Positions 30,375-39,074 of a DNA stretch of 64,000 nucleotides are shown here, in pieces. Under the pieces are notes generated by a model. The model had not been told where the DNA came from and searched no databases. It saw only the letters and a list, made by a program, of their open reading frames with translations. Position numbers and translations under genes: made by a program. Every line of letters starts with the position of its first letter. Position 1 is the first letter of the stretch. The stretch is taken from positions 423,439 to 487,438 of the forward strand of contig CAWKHF010000009.1 in the NCBI GenBank assembly GCA_963849325.1, given 5' to 3'. Origin of the DNA: an uncultured Planctomycetota bacterium. Its GTDB lineage: Bacteria; Planctomycetota; Planctomycetia; Gemmatales; Gemmataceae.

Positions 30375-31079
30375 TCATCTTGTTCTCAGGAGGATGCCTT
30401 CCGCATTACCTCGATCATCCCCTGCCTTCTCCAGTTGCCGATAGGTCAACGTGCAGTGCATGTATCCGTCACGTTTGACCTTGACCAATCGACACCCTTT
30501 GTCACGAGGATGATCAACAAGGGCGACATGATTGACCCCGACAACATCATGGATTACTAGCGAACATATTTGGCCCATGTATAGCCGCCCGGCCACATGA
30601 CCGCATTCTCCGTAGACCTTCTCACAGATAGAGCATGTTGCATAACTGAAGTAATCCGAGGTACTGACGAATTGTTGCGGCGGGAACAGCAATTTCTCAG
30701 CAGCCAACAGTTCCATGTTCCAATGCTGGAGCATCGCATCTTCAACAAACCGCAAGGCACACTGCAAACATTCCTGCGCCTCGACGAGTTCGTTCCACGC
30801 CTCCTCCATACGGTCAGTCTTAATCAGTAACCAAAGTTGTAGTTGGTGCAGTAACGCAGCCGCGATGTTCAGGTAGATGAACGCTGCGTTCGCTTGATTC
30901 TCGTTCCGGGCCTTTATGCCCTGATCCCGATACCTTTCGAGCTTCTGGATGAGGGCGTGCTGGCGGTGCTGTTCCTCCGTTTGGAGATCGTGGCAGCAGC
31001 TTCCATAACAGATTAGCCGCCCGTTCTCCACCGCCTCCCGCACTTCACGCTCCATGTCTTCGATGGTCGCCCACTCCAT
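30375..31079 (-). CDS. Helical N-domain plus CxxC/CxH/C metal-binding domain protein (paralog B)
   Basis: AAGGAGG RBS; FPPQQFVS...CSICEKVYGECGH..GRLYMGQIC...NHVALVDHPRDKGC. Confidence 0.75.
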   Translation of the reverse strand: MEWATIEDMEREVREAVENGRLICYGSCCHDLQTEEQHRQHALIQKLERYRDQGIKARNENQANAAFIYLNIAAALLHQLQLWLLIKTDRMEEAWNELVEAQECLQCALRFVEDAMLQHWNMELLAAEKLLFPPQQFVSTSDYFSYATCSICEKVYGECGHVAGRLYMGQICSLVIHDVVGVNHVALVDHPRDKGCRLVKVKRDGYMHCTLTYRQLEKAGDDRGNAEGILLRTR

Positions 31080-31095
31080 GACTGACCTCCTTCGC

Positions 31096-31806
31096 TCAGT
31101 CAAAGTATTGGATAACGCCTCTGACATATCTTGCCGCAGGATCGACAGCCTCGGTCTGCGGTAGCTCCCGGCGTGTCAGGGTGCAGTAGACTTTGCCGTC
31201 GTCAGCATATTCCATGATTCGACAGCGCTTGTCTCGCGGGGTGAAGACGATGGAGCATTCCGTCAAGCTGGGCTCGTGAGGCTTGCGGCGACAGATTTGG
31301 CCCATGTAGATCCGCCCGCTAATGTGGCCGCACTCCCCGTACTTGTCGCCGCAGATCGAGCAGGACGCCTCCGTGTAGGTGTAGGCGCTGCTGAAGAAGG
31401 TCTGGGGCGGGAAGACCGTCTGCTCGACGGCCAGCAGGTGCAGTAGGAGGTTGTCCGTCAACGGGTCGAAGAGGATGCGCTGGGCGATTTCGAACTTCTG
31501 TTGAGCCTGCACCAGACTGATCCACGCTTCGCTGGGCTTGTCCTCCTTCAATTGCACCCACATCTCCAAGAAGTGTCTAATTCCGAAGACGACCATCTCG
31601 GCGCGGAAGGCGGCATTGGCGCGTGGCTCGTCAAACTTGCTGATGAAGTGCTCGCGGAGGCTCGCCAGCCGGTCGTGCATGGAACCGAGCTTCTCGATGT
31701 GCTCGCGCTGGAGTTCGATGCCGCAGGTCAAGTGCGCATGACGCATCGCGCCGTGGACGGCATCGAGAATCTCCCGGTTGATGTCCTCGTCAGTGAATTG
31801 TTCCAT
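31096..31806 (-). CDS. Helical N-domain plus CxxC/CxH/C metal-binding domain protein (paralog A)
   Basis: TGATG coupling to the upstream gene; FPPQTFFS...CSICGDKYGECGH..GRIYMGQIC...ECSIVFTPRDKRC. Confidence 0.75.
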   Translation of the reverse strand: MEQFTDEDINREILDAVHGAMRHAHLTCGIELQREHIEKLGSMHDRLASLREHFISKFDEPRANAAFRAEMVVFGIRHFLEMWVQLKEDKPSEAWISLVQAQQKFEIAQRILFDPLTDNLLLHLLAVEQTVFPPQTFFSSAYTYTEASCSICGDKYGECGHISGRIYMGQICRRKPHEPSLTECSIVFTPRDKRCRIMEYADDGKVYCTLTRRELPQTEAVDPAARYVRGVIQYFD

Positions 31807-32306
31807 CACTGGATGTCCTTGAGGAACCCGTTGATCTCGGAGAGCTTGTCGGGCGGGCCGTCGTAGTCGATCTTCTTCGTGGTTTTTGTGGTCGTCTTGG
31901 TGGTGGTCGTCTCAACCAGCACCGACAACTTCACCCGCGCTGGCTGCGGCAAGCCCTTGAAGAGATTCGAAACGTGGTCAGCGACGACCTTGATTGCGAT
32001 GTTGACGAGAAGGGGATTCTCGATGAGGGAGGCGGCGGTGAAGAACAGCACCGGGCCAACCCATGTGATGTCGTTCTCCTGTAGGTACGGAATCTTGGTC
32101 CCGTCCGGTTGATAGACCGTGATGGGAACTTCCGCCTCGCGGAAAAGCGCCTTCAGGTCAAGGGCAGACGACTCGTGGCACAATTCGGCTACGTCCTTCG
32201 CGTGAGCGAAGTGCCGGGGCAGGATGCACGGCCCTTCGGGCGGCTTGATGCCGAGGTCGGAGAACCGTTGCTCCACGTTGATGTAGTCGGTGACTTCAAT
32301 CGACAT
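31806..32306 (-). CDS. Hypothetical protein with central hydrophobic hairpin
   Basis: 166-aa ORF; WVGPVLFFTAASLIENPLLVNIAIKVVAD followed by a beta-hairpin-like VKLSVLVE...KIDYDGP. Confidence 0.7.
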   Translation of the reverse strand: MSIEVTDYINVEQRFSDLGIKPPEGPCILPRHFAHAKDVAELCHESSALDLKALFREAEVPITVYQPDGTKIPYLQENDITWVGPVLFFTAASLIENPLLVNIAIKVVADHVSNLFKGLPQPARVKLSVLVETTTTKTTTKTTKKIDYDGPPDKLSEINGFLKDIQ

Positions 32307-32382
32307 CAGAGGAGACCTTTCTTAGCGCTGCGGGCAACGGCCCGCGCCTCCTTCCACCATTAAGGAATCGCCCAACCTGTGC

Positions 32383-32412
32383 AGTATACTGTTGTCCATT
32401 TATCGGCGTCAA
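32383..32412 (-). promoter_or_regulatory. Sigma70-type promoter for the five-gene module
   Basis: Minus strand reads TTGACG-18 nt-TATACT. Confidence 0.6.
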
Positions 32413-32460
32413 GGGATCTGCTGCGTCGAGAGTTTTCTTCGGTGAACGGATAGATAAGGC

Positions 32461-32790
32461 ATGAGGTTCCGCAAGTTCATCTCAACCCAATCTGCCATTG
32501 CCCCGCTTGAGGAAGGAGACCTCCTTGGAGTGTCTTCGAGCGGGGCCTCAGCCACTTCTCCGTCGCAGCCGATGCCGTCCCGCCCTCCGAAACCGGGCTC
32601 GGACGAGGAACCGGACGGCCACTCGACTGCGACGAGCCGCCCACCGCACCAGCTTCAGCGAGCCGTGACGCTGGCGACCGAACTCCAAAAGTTGCTCTCG
32701 ACCTTACCGCATCCTTTGAGCAAGCAGTTCCATGCCTTCGGGGAGCAGCTGGAGGCGCTGCTGGCCCGGCTACAGGAGATCTGCGGCTAA
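32461..32790 (+). CDS. Hypothetical protein with MRFRKFI...LEE N-terminus
   Basis: 109-aa ORF; low-complexity middle and helical C-terminus. Confidence 0.6.
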   Translation: MRFRKFISTQSAIAPLEEGDLLGVSSSGASATSPSQPMPSRPPKPGSDEEPDGHSTATSRPPHQLQRAVTLATELQKLLSTLPHPLSKQFHAFGEQLEALLARLQEICG

Positions 32791-32799
32791 AGTTTGTTC

Positions 32800-32828
32800 T
32801 TGCGCCTTCTCTTGGTCTTTGCTATACT
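32800..32828 (+). promoter_or_regulatory. Sigma70-type promoter, probably giving a leaderless mRNA
   Basis: TTGCGC-17 nt-TATACT with extended TG; ATG 7 nt downstream at 32836. Confidence 0.6.
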
Positions 32829-32835
32829 TTTCACG

Positions 32836-33339
32836 ATGCCATCAGATGCGGTAGGAGAGATAATCGAGTGGGACGGAACGAGGTACTGGCTTCGAAATGA
32901 AGGGTTCCATCGGGAAGACGGTCCTGCCGTCGAGTGGGCTGATGATGGAGGCCGAGAATGGCTTCAAAATGGGGTGCTCCATCGGGAGGACGGTCCTGCC
33001 GTTGAGCGGACTGATGGAAGCCGAGAATGGTATCGAAATGGGCTCCGTCACCGGGATGATGGTCCTGCCGCCGAGTGGGCTGATGGAAGCCGAGAATGGT
33101 ATCGAAACGGGCTCCGTCACCGGGAGGACGGTCCTGCCGTCGAGTTGGCTGATGGAGGCCGAGAATGGTTTCGAGATGGGGCACGTCACCGGGAAGACGG
33201 TCCTGCCGTCGAGTTGGCTGATGGCAGCCGAGATTGGTTTCGAAATGGAGTATTTCATCTGGAGGGTGATCCTGCCATCGGGTTAGCCGACTCTTCTGTT
33301 GATCTTGAGAAATGGGATTGGCGGCTGGAAGGCTTCTGA
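32836..33339 (+). CDS. HREDGPA-repeat protein
   Basis: Five full and one degenerate 23-aa repeats (HREDGPAVEWADGSREWYRNGLR). Confidence 0.8.
   Translation: MPSDAVGEIIEWDGTRYWLRNEGFHREDGPAVEWADDGGREWLQNGVLHREDGPAVERTDGSREWYRNGLRHRDDGPAAEWADGSREWYRNGLRHREDGPAVELADGGREWFRDGARHREDGPAVELADGSRDWFRNGVFHLEGDPAIGLADSSVDLEKWDWRLEGF
32908..33290 (+). repeat. 69-bp coding tandem repeat
   Basis: Units start at 32908, 32980, 33049, 33118, 33187 and 33256 (first unit 72 bp). Confidence 0.9.
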
Positions 33340-33550
33340 AAATGCGGAGGCCCGCCACTGGTTTTCGAAGGTGTTCAGGCGGGCCTTCCGCCCTCTATCC
33401 GGTGTCTGTCAGTCCTTTCTGGGGCCGGATCCGGCTGGAAGAAATGAAAAACGCTGGCCTGCTGGCGTGGGGCTTGCTAGAATGAGGTTAAGCAAGACAA
33501 CCGCGAAACGGCTTGATCTTAAGGAATTGCGGAGGTTCGTCTTAGGGAAT

Positions 33551-33587
33551 GTGTCACTATTGAGCGTGTGTCGCTACCGTGTCACTA
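33551..33587 (+). promoter_or_regulatory. Putative integrase arm-type binding sites
   Basis: GTGTCACTA, GTGTCGCTA, GTGTCACTA at 33551, 33568 and 33579; related TGTGTC pair at 19111 and 19122. Confidence 0.6.
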
Positions 33588-33699
33588 TCCCGAACACGAA
33601 GTCAGCCGTAAAACGTGGCTTTTTGTACACTAACGTAATTCCTTAAGTTTAAGATGGCAACTGATTTACGGCTGAAAAACGCGGTTTTTTGCTTCTTTT

Positions 33700-33772
<73 letters not shown>

Positions 33773-33778
33773 CTACAG

Positions 33779-33816
33779 GAAGCCGACCGGATCAAACGAT
33801 CGGCTTCTTCTTTTTT
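33779..33816 (+). terminator. Intrinsic terminator after tRNA-Lys
   Basis: GAAGCCGA...TCGGCTTC followed by TTCTTTTTT. Confidence 0.75.
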
Positions 33817-33969
33817 CCCCTGTGTTTTCTGCCACTTTTCTGTACTTTCCTTCCGCTCGACCGCCATCTCTTTCCATTCGACCTTGCACTGCTCCGGCTG
33901 GAATAAAATGTGTTGCGCTGAACGTTGCGCCATCCTCGGATTCTTGAGCGAGACAACCACATGGCAGAG

Positions 33970-34153
33970 TAACTTCCCGTCGGAGGCAGCATCCGGATCT
34001 GCGTAATCTTGGCCTGATACGGCGACCGGACCTCATGGACGAGGAAGCCGTTGTCGTCCTTCTTGGCCTCCGAGACGATGAGGGCGTCGTCGCTCGCACA
34101 GTCGGGAAGGCGAGCAGGGCCACCGTCAGGCCAAAGCAGGTCGTTGCGTTCAT
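33970..34153 (-). pseudogene. 5' remnant of an exported esterase-like gene
   Basis: Signal peptide, then (other frame) DDNGFLVHEVRSPYQAKITQIRMLPP; breaks off into AT-rich sequence. Confidence 0.4.
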
Positions 34154-34404
34154 GGGTTGTACTCCTCAGGCACGGCGACGAACCCTCCACCGGCCCGCAC
34201 GATGATTGGCTCGGGCAGGTCCACCCAGCCGCCGTCGCCGACCGCCGCCGTGGCGATCAGCCCCAGCCCCTCGCCGGTTGCGGGGTCGAGCTTGAAGACC
34301 GAAACCCACTGTCCTGCTTCGACGCCTTCAAGGTGGAAGCGGGGGATGATCCGGTCGTCGGCGAAGCGGAAGGTGAAGTGCGGGTCACGGTGGAGCGGGA
34401 TCAT
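34150..34404 (-). CDS. Small hypothetical protein
   Basis: GAGGAAAG RBS; MIPLHRDPHFTFRF... Confidence 0.6.
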   Translation of the reverse strand: MIPLHRDPHFTFRFADDRIIPRFHLEGVEAGQWVSVFKLDPATGEGLGLIATAAVGDGGWVDLPEPIIVRAGGGFVAVPEEYNP

Positions 34405-34509
34405 CGCTTGCTTTCCTCGTCGTCCCAGCCGCATCGGAGGTCGAGAACCTCATCGACGACCTGAGCCAGCTTGCAGTCGTGAACGGACGGGGGCGACACC
34501 GCCGAACGC

Positions 34510-34992
34510 TCACCCCTTCAACACGAGGACGGCCTCCTCGCACTCTGGGTAACGGTCACTGCCGGGCGATACCTCCACCTTCTCGACTACGAATCCGCAC
34601 TTCTGGAGCACCCGGAGCGATGCGCCGTTGCTGGTCGCCACGTGAGCGTACAGTGGACGGGTGGCGACTTCGAGCAATAGCAATTCCAAGCCTCGGGATG
34701 CGATACCCTTGCCCCAGTGCTCCCGACTGATCCAGTACCCGACGTTGGCCTGAGCGTCACGCCGGAAACAGGAGATGTACCCGGCCAGCACCCCGTCCAG
34801 CAGAATCGCCTTCGCCGTGATGCTGGGGTCTCGCAGGGCGTCGGCCCAGTGCGCATCGAACGCCTCGGCACTCCGGGGGACCGTCAGCGCCAAGCGGTTG
34901 GACTCCGGGTCGAGTTGCATCTGGTACATCCGAGGCAGGTCGTCCGGTTCGACGTGTCGAATGCGAACGCGGCCGCTGATCGCCGGGTTCAT
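34510..34992 (-). CDS. GNAT N-acetyltransferase (RimJ/RimL-like)
   Basis: VGYWI..EHWGKGIAS and N.AS.RVL.KCGF. Confidence 0.9.
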   Translation of the reverse strand: MNPAISGRVRIRHVEPDDLPRMYQMQLDPESNRLALTVPRSAEAFDAHWADALRDPSITAKAILLDGVLAGYISCFRRDAQANVGYWISREHWGKGIASRGLELLLLEVATRPLYAHVATSNGASLRVLQKCGFVVEKVEVSPGSDRYPECEEAVLVLKG

Positions 34993-35041
34993 GTCGTCCC
35001 CCCTCAACGTGCGGTTGTAGATTGAGCAGCGGGTAGTGTGC

Positions 35042-35386
35042 TCACGGGTTTTCCTCCCGGTCCTTGAGTCGTTGCAGATCCTCGTCGAGTTGGTCCCACC
35101 GGGTCTTCCACAGCCGCCGCTGTTCGGCCAGCCAGTCCTCGGCGACCTTGAGTCGCTGCGGGTTGATCTGGAAGATCCGTACTCGGCCCTTCTTTTTCGA
35201 CTTCACGAGTCGGCTTTGTTCGAGCACGGCGAGGTGCTGGACGAATGATGGGAGCTTCATGTCGAACGGCTCGGCCAACTCCGTGACCGAGGCCGGTCCC
35301 TTCGCCAAGCATTCCAGCACCTTCCGCCGAGTCGGATCGGCCAAGGCACGGAAAACGTCATCGGCAACGGCGGCGGATGGAGTCAT
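35042..35386 (-). CDS. ArsR/SmtB family regulator
   Basis: VFRALADPTRR, SVTELA, QHL.VLE and KKGRVR. Confidence 0.9.
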   Translation of the reverse strand: MTPSAAVADDVFRALADPTRRKVLECLAKGPASVTELAEPFDMKLPSFVQHLAVLEQSRLVKSKKKGRVRIFQINPQRLKVAEDWLAEQRRLWKTRWDQLDEDLQRLKDREENP

Positions 35387-35444
35387 GGTGGCAGAACAGG
35401 CAACTTTCGACTCGACACCATGACGGCATTCTACCGCCGATGAT

Positions 35445-35464
35445 AGTTAGGCCAATACCTAAGT
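35445..35464. promoter_or_regulatory. Possible ArsR operator
   Basis: Imperfect palindrome AGTTAGG-CCAATA-CCTAAGT upstream of the ArsR gene. Confidence 0.4.
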
Positions 35465-35483
35465 GATGAGAAGTCAGAAAGGA

Positions 35484-36530
35484 CTACATGGAGGCTTCTG
35501 TCGATGGCCGATCATGCCTTTTGTGCGCCGAAAGAGTGGCCTGCCGCCTCTCCGTGGGGCCGTCCAGCCGCTTGCGGAAGTGGACGAGGCGTTCCGACTC
35601 TCCGAAGCCGAGCGCCTTGTGCGCCTCGTGACTCACCGTATTGCCGAGGTGGGCGTCTGACGCCATCTCCTGGCAGCCATGAGCCGCCGCCCAGCGTTCC
35701 GCCGCCTCGACCAACATCCTGCCGACCCCCTGCCGCCGCACGTCGGGGTCCACGTACCAGCCCTCGACGTACCCCACGGGCTGGGCGGAGCAGCCATCGA
35801 CGTGCGGTCGGATCGAGGTTTCCACGAAGCCGCACAGGCCGCCAGCGGGCCGTTCGGCCACGAGTACCCTCCACGACAGGAACGACTCCGACCACCGAAA
35901 CGTGCCGGTGGCGAAGAACGCAGCCACCTCCTCGGCGTGTTCGGCCCCGTCGTCCGGCCAGAGGGCGGTGCGCATCCGTACCCACTCGTCCCGGTCGGGC
36001 TTGTACACGGGTCGGACCTGCGTCCCGGCCCCGAATGGCGGCGGGTAGCGGACCCACCCCGTCACACCGTCCAGCGACCCCGACACCAACTCCAGCGCCA
36101 TCCACGCCTCCCGCCCGACGAACGGCGACGAGAGGGACTCGGCCAGCTTTGGTGAAAACCCAAACCGAGGGTAAAAGTGCGGGTGGCCCAGCACGATGAC
36201 GATCTGGTGTCCCTGCTGTCGGCACTCGACCAGCCCGCTGCGCACCAGCGCCGAGCCAATTCCCTGGTTTTGGAATTCAGGCAGGACCGCCATCGGAGCA
36301 AGGGCCAGCGCCGGCACCATCCCGGCCTCCGTGATGATCGGCAAGTCGCTGAAGAAAAGGTGGCCGACGATTTGTCCATCTTGCACGGCGACCTGCGATA
36401 GCCGTAGGTAGCCGCCTTGCCGAAGGGCATCGACGAGCCTGGCCTCATCGTCCTGACCGAAGGCGAGGCGGTTGACGTGGCGGATCGCCTCGTGGTCCGC
36501 GCAGGTTTCTGGTCGGATGAGGATGTTCAT
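35484..36530 (-). CDS. Tandem GNAT: YhbS-like domain plus AAC(6')-I-like domain
   Basis: LAPMAVLPEFQNQGIGS..VLGHP.FYPRFGF; then YVEGWYV...RRQGVG...EMASDA..N..S...H.ALGF. Confidence 0.85.
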   Translation of the reverse strand: MNILIRPETCADHEAIRHVNRLAFGQDDEARLVDALRQGGYLRLSQVAVQDGQIVGHLFFSDLPIITEAGMVPALALAPMAVLPEFQNQGIGSALVRSGLVECRQQGHQIVIVLGHPHFYPRFGFSPKLAESLSSPFVGREAWMALELVSGSLDGVTGWVRYPPPFGAGTQVRPVYKPDRDEWVRMRTALWPDDGAEHAEEVAAFFATGTFRWSESFLSWRVLVAERPAGGLCGFVETSIRPHVDGCSAQPVGYVEGWYVDPDVRRQGVGRMLVEAAERWAAAHGCQEMASDAHLGNTVSHEAHKALGFGESERLVHFRKRLDGPTERRQATLSAHKRHDRPSTEASM

Positions 36531-36664
36531 GGCTTCGGCCTTTCCGCGCTCGATCTCCTTGCCCTCAACTTACGGTTGGCCGAAAAATGTGCCTCTCGAT
36601 AAGTTGGATGGCGGAAGGATGTCCGAGGTTGTGCAGAATCTTGTCGTAGGACAAGGCAGGGGAA

Positions 36665-37222
36665 ATGACCATGTTGAGATGGCAACGGTTTTTGGCGTTG
36701 TTTGGTGCTGCCATGCTGTTCCGCGTCCTGTTATCGCCTGCCGTTGCACCGGCATCGGATAAAGATGCCACCAAGAAAGGAGGCAAGGTCGCTGGCATTC
36801 TGATCGACAAGAAAGCGGACGGGATCACGGTGAAAGCCGATGGTGAAGAGGAACCGGTCAAGTATCGCGTCGGCGAGAAGCCGGACAAGAAACTGGAGCA
36901 GGCGTTGAAAACCATCTTCAACGCAAGCCGAGTGCAACTGACGTACAAGCAAGCCGGCGATTCACGAGAACTGGTCAGCATCAAGAAGCAGGTTTTTAAA
37001 ACCTCGGGAACGGTGACGGGAGTAGTCGTCAAAGTTTATAACGAGTTTTGGGTCGAGGTAAAGCCCAAGAAGGGACCGTCCGATGCGTATGCTCCCGGTG
37101 CCAACTACAAGGACAAAGCCTTTATGGAAAAGCTCAAGGGATTGAAACCAGGCGACTCGGTTACCATCCAGTTTTACACGGACTTCGAGCGGCATCGCAT
37201 CTTGACACTACGGAAAAATTGA
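36665..37222 (+). CDS. Exported Lys-rich hypothetical protein (two OB-like repeats)
   Basis: Signal peptide; G.VTGVVV and LKPGDSVTI. Confidence 0.65.
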   Translation: MTMLRWQRFLALFGAAMLFRVLLSPAVAPASDKDATKKGGKVAGILIDKKADGITVKADGEEEPVKYRVGEKPDKKLEQALKTIFNASRVQLTYKQAGDSRELVSIKKQVFKTSGTVTGVVVKVYNEFWVEVKPKKGPSDAYAPGANYKDKAFMEKLKGLKPGDSVTIQFYTDFERHRILTLRKN

Positions 37223-37406
37223 TGGGCCTTGGTTTCTTACGGGTCAAGCGGCCCGTTGCCGAACGGGGTGCGGTCGCCGACAGGGCCAGCCGCAGGCCAT
37301 CGCCGCCGTTAGCGAGATCACGTCATCCGGCTCCTCCTTCACTGGCCCCTCGATCGCGTTAAGGATCCGCGTGAACTTCGGCGCGCCTTCTGCTCTCCTG
37401 CATGGT

Positions 37407-38442
37407 ATGAGCGATTTCATGCTGGAGCTGGACGGTTCCTTCGGCGAGGGCGGCGGGCAGATTCTGCGCACCAGCCTGGCCCTGTCGCTGTGGACCGGCC
37501 GATCGTTTCACCTGCGCAACGTCCGCGCCGGCCGGCCCAAACCCGGATTGCAGCCGCAGCACCTGATGAGCGTCCGCGCCGCCGCGACGATCGGCCAGGC
37601 TCAGACTGCGCGGCGCCTCACCGGGCAGCAGCGATCTCGTCTTCGAGCCGGGCCCCGTGCAAGCGGGCACGTACCGCTTCGACGTCGGCACCGCCGGGGC
37701 GACCGGCCTGGTATTGCACACGATCTATCTGCCTCTGGCCCTGCACGGCCGCACGCCCAGCGAGCTGACGCTGATCGGCGGAACGCACGTCTCCACCAGT
37801 CCTTGCTTTCACTTCCTCAACACGACCTGGCGCCGTTATCTGGAGTTGTGCGGTCTGCGCGTGAGCCTGCGCCTGAACCGTCCCGGCTTCTACCCACGCG
37901 GCGGCGGCGTGGTCGGGGCGTTCATCCAGCCGTGTGCCAATCTCCACGGCGTTCGCCTGGGAGCACGACCATCCGTCCGGGCGAGCGGTTTCAGCGCCGT
38001 CGCCGGACTCGATGTCTCGATCGCCCGCCGGCAAGCTCGGCGCGCGCTGTTCCGCCTGCGGCAGTACGGCTTGAAGGCTCAGCTCCGCGAGGAGACGTGG
38101 GAGGGTGGACCGGGCACCGTACTGGCCGTGGAGCTAGACACGCATCCGGTGCCGACGTTATTCTTTGCTCTGGGGGCGCGCGGCAAACCGGCCGAGCGCG
38201 TGGCGGACGAGGCCGTCGATCAGCTCCTCGCCTACCTCGACGCCGGCGACGCCCTGGTCGATGCCCACAGCGCCGACCAGCTCGTCTTGCCGCTGGCCCT
38301 GGCGGAGGGACCGTCGGAGTACCGGGTCGCCGAGGTGACGCGGCACCTGACTACGAACATTGCCGTCATTCGTCGCTTCCTCGAACGGGACATCGTTTGG
38401 GAGGGCGTCGAAGGAAAGCCGGGAGTGGTTCGCATACCGTGA
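37407..38442 (+). CDS. rtcA: RNA 3'-terminal phosphate cyclase, frameshifted near 37610
   Basis: [50 protein letters not shown] and HL.TN. Confidence 0.92.
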
Positions 38443-39074
38443 AAAACATCCTGTCGGACAGCTCGCTCTCGATCGCGCAGATCGTGCCCTGCACCGAGGC
38501 GGAAGGACCGGGACGTCGCTTCGCCGTGTGGTTGCAGGGCTGTCCCTTGCGCTGCCCCGGCTGCTGCAACCCGGAGATGCTGCCCTTCGAGGGCGGAACG
38601 ACGGTTGCGCTGGCCGATCTGATCGGATCGATGGAGGAAGTGACCGGATCGCAGGGCGTCGAGGGAATCACCTTGCTCGGCGGCGAACCGCTGGCTCACG
38701 CCGCCGGCGCGGCCGTCCTCGCTCGCGCCGTCCAGGAACGCGGCCTGAGCGTGATGATCTTCAGCGGCTACACTCTCGAAGAGGCCCGGCGGCTACCCGA
38801 CCCTGCCGTCGACGAGTTGCTCGACCACACCGACATTCTCGTGGATGGGCCGTATCGACGCGAGCAGCCGGAGACGCGACGGCGCTGGATCGGCTCGGCC
38901 AACCAGCGCGTCCACTTTCTGAGCGACCGCTATCGGGCCGACGATCCGCGCTGGTTGCTGCCCAACACGCTGGAGGTCCGCCTGCGCGGGCGGGAATTGA
39001 CCGTGAACGGCTTCCCGGCCCGCGCGGCGGTCGGCCTGTGGAAGCGACCGCCCAAGAAAAGTTCTGAGTTCTGA
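38439..39074 (+). CDS. Radical SAM activase (NrdG-like)
   Basis: [37 protein letters not shown] and GSANQ; GTGA overlap with rtcA. Confidence 0.85.
   Translation: MKNILSDSSLSIAQIVPCTEAEGPGRRFAVWLQGCPLRCPGCCNPEMLPFEGGTTVALADLIGSMEEVTGSQGVEGITLLGGEPLAHAAGAAVLARAVQERGLSVMIFSGYTLEEARRLPDPAVDELLDHTDILVDGPYRREQPETRRRWIGSANQRVHFLSDRYRADDPRWLLPNTLEVRLRGRELTVNGFPARAAVGLWKRPPKKSSEF

Noticed and set aside
32794-32835. Apparent signal peptide MFLRLLLVFAILFT on the repeat protein
   Set aside because: It is a translation of the T-rich promoter (TTGCGC...TATACT); the likely start is ATG 32836.
32908-33290. CRISPR array or diversity-generating retroelement template/variable repeats
   Set aside because: The units are contiguous in-frame coding repeats with no unique spacers, the differences are not adenine-specific, and no cas or reverse transcriptase gene is in the window.
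37371-39074. RtcA-radical SAM fusion (567-aa ORF)
   Set aside because: An artefact of the indel near 37610; rtcA ends at 38442 and the radical SAM gene starts at the overlapping GTG 38439.
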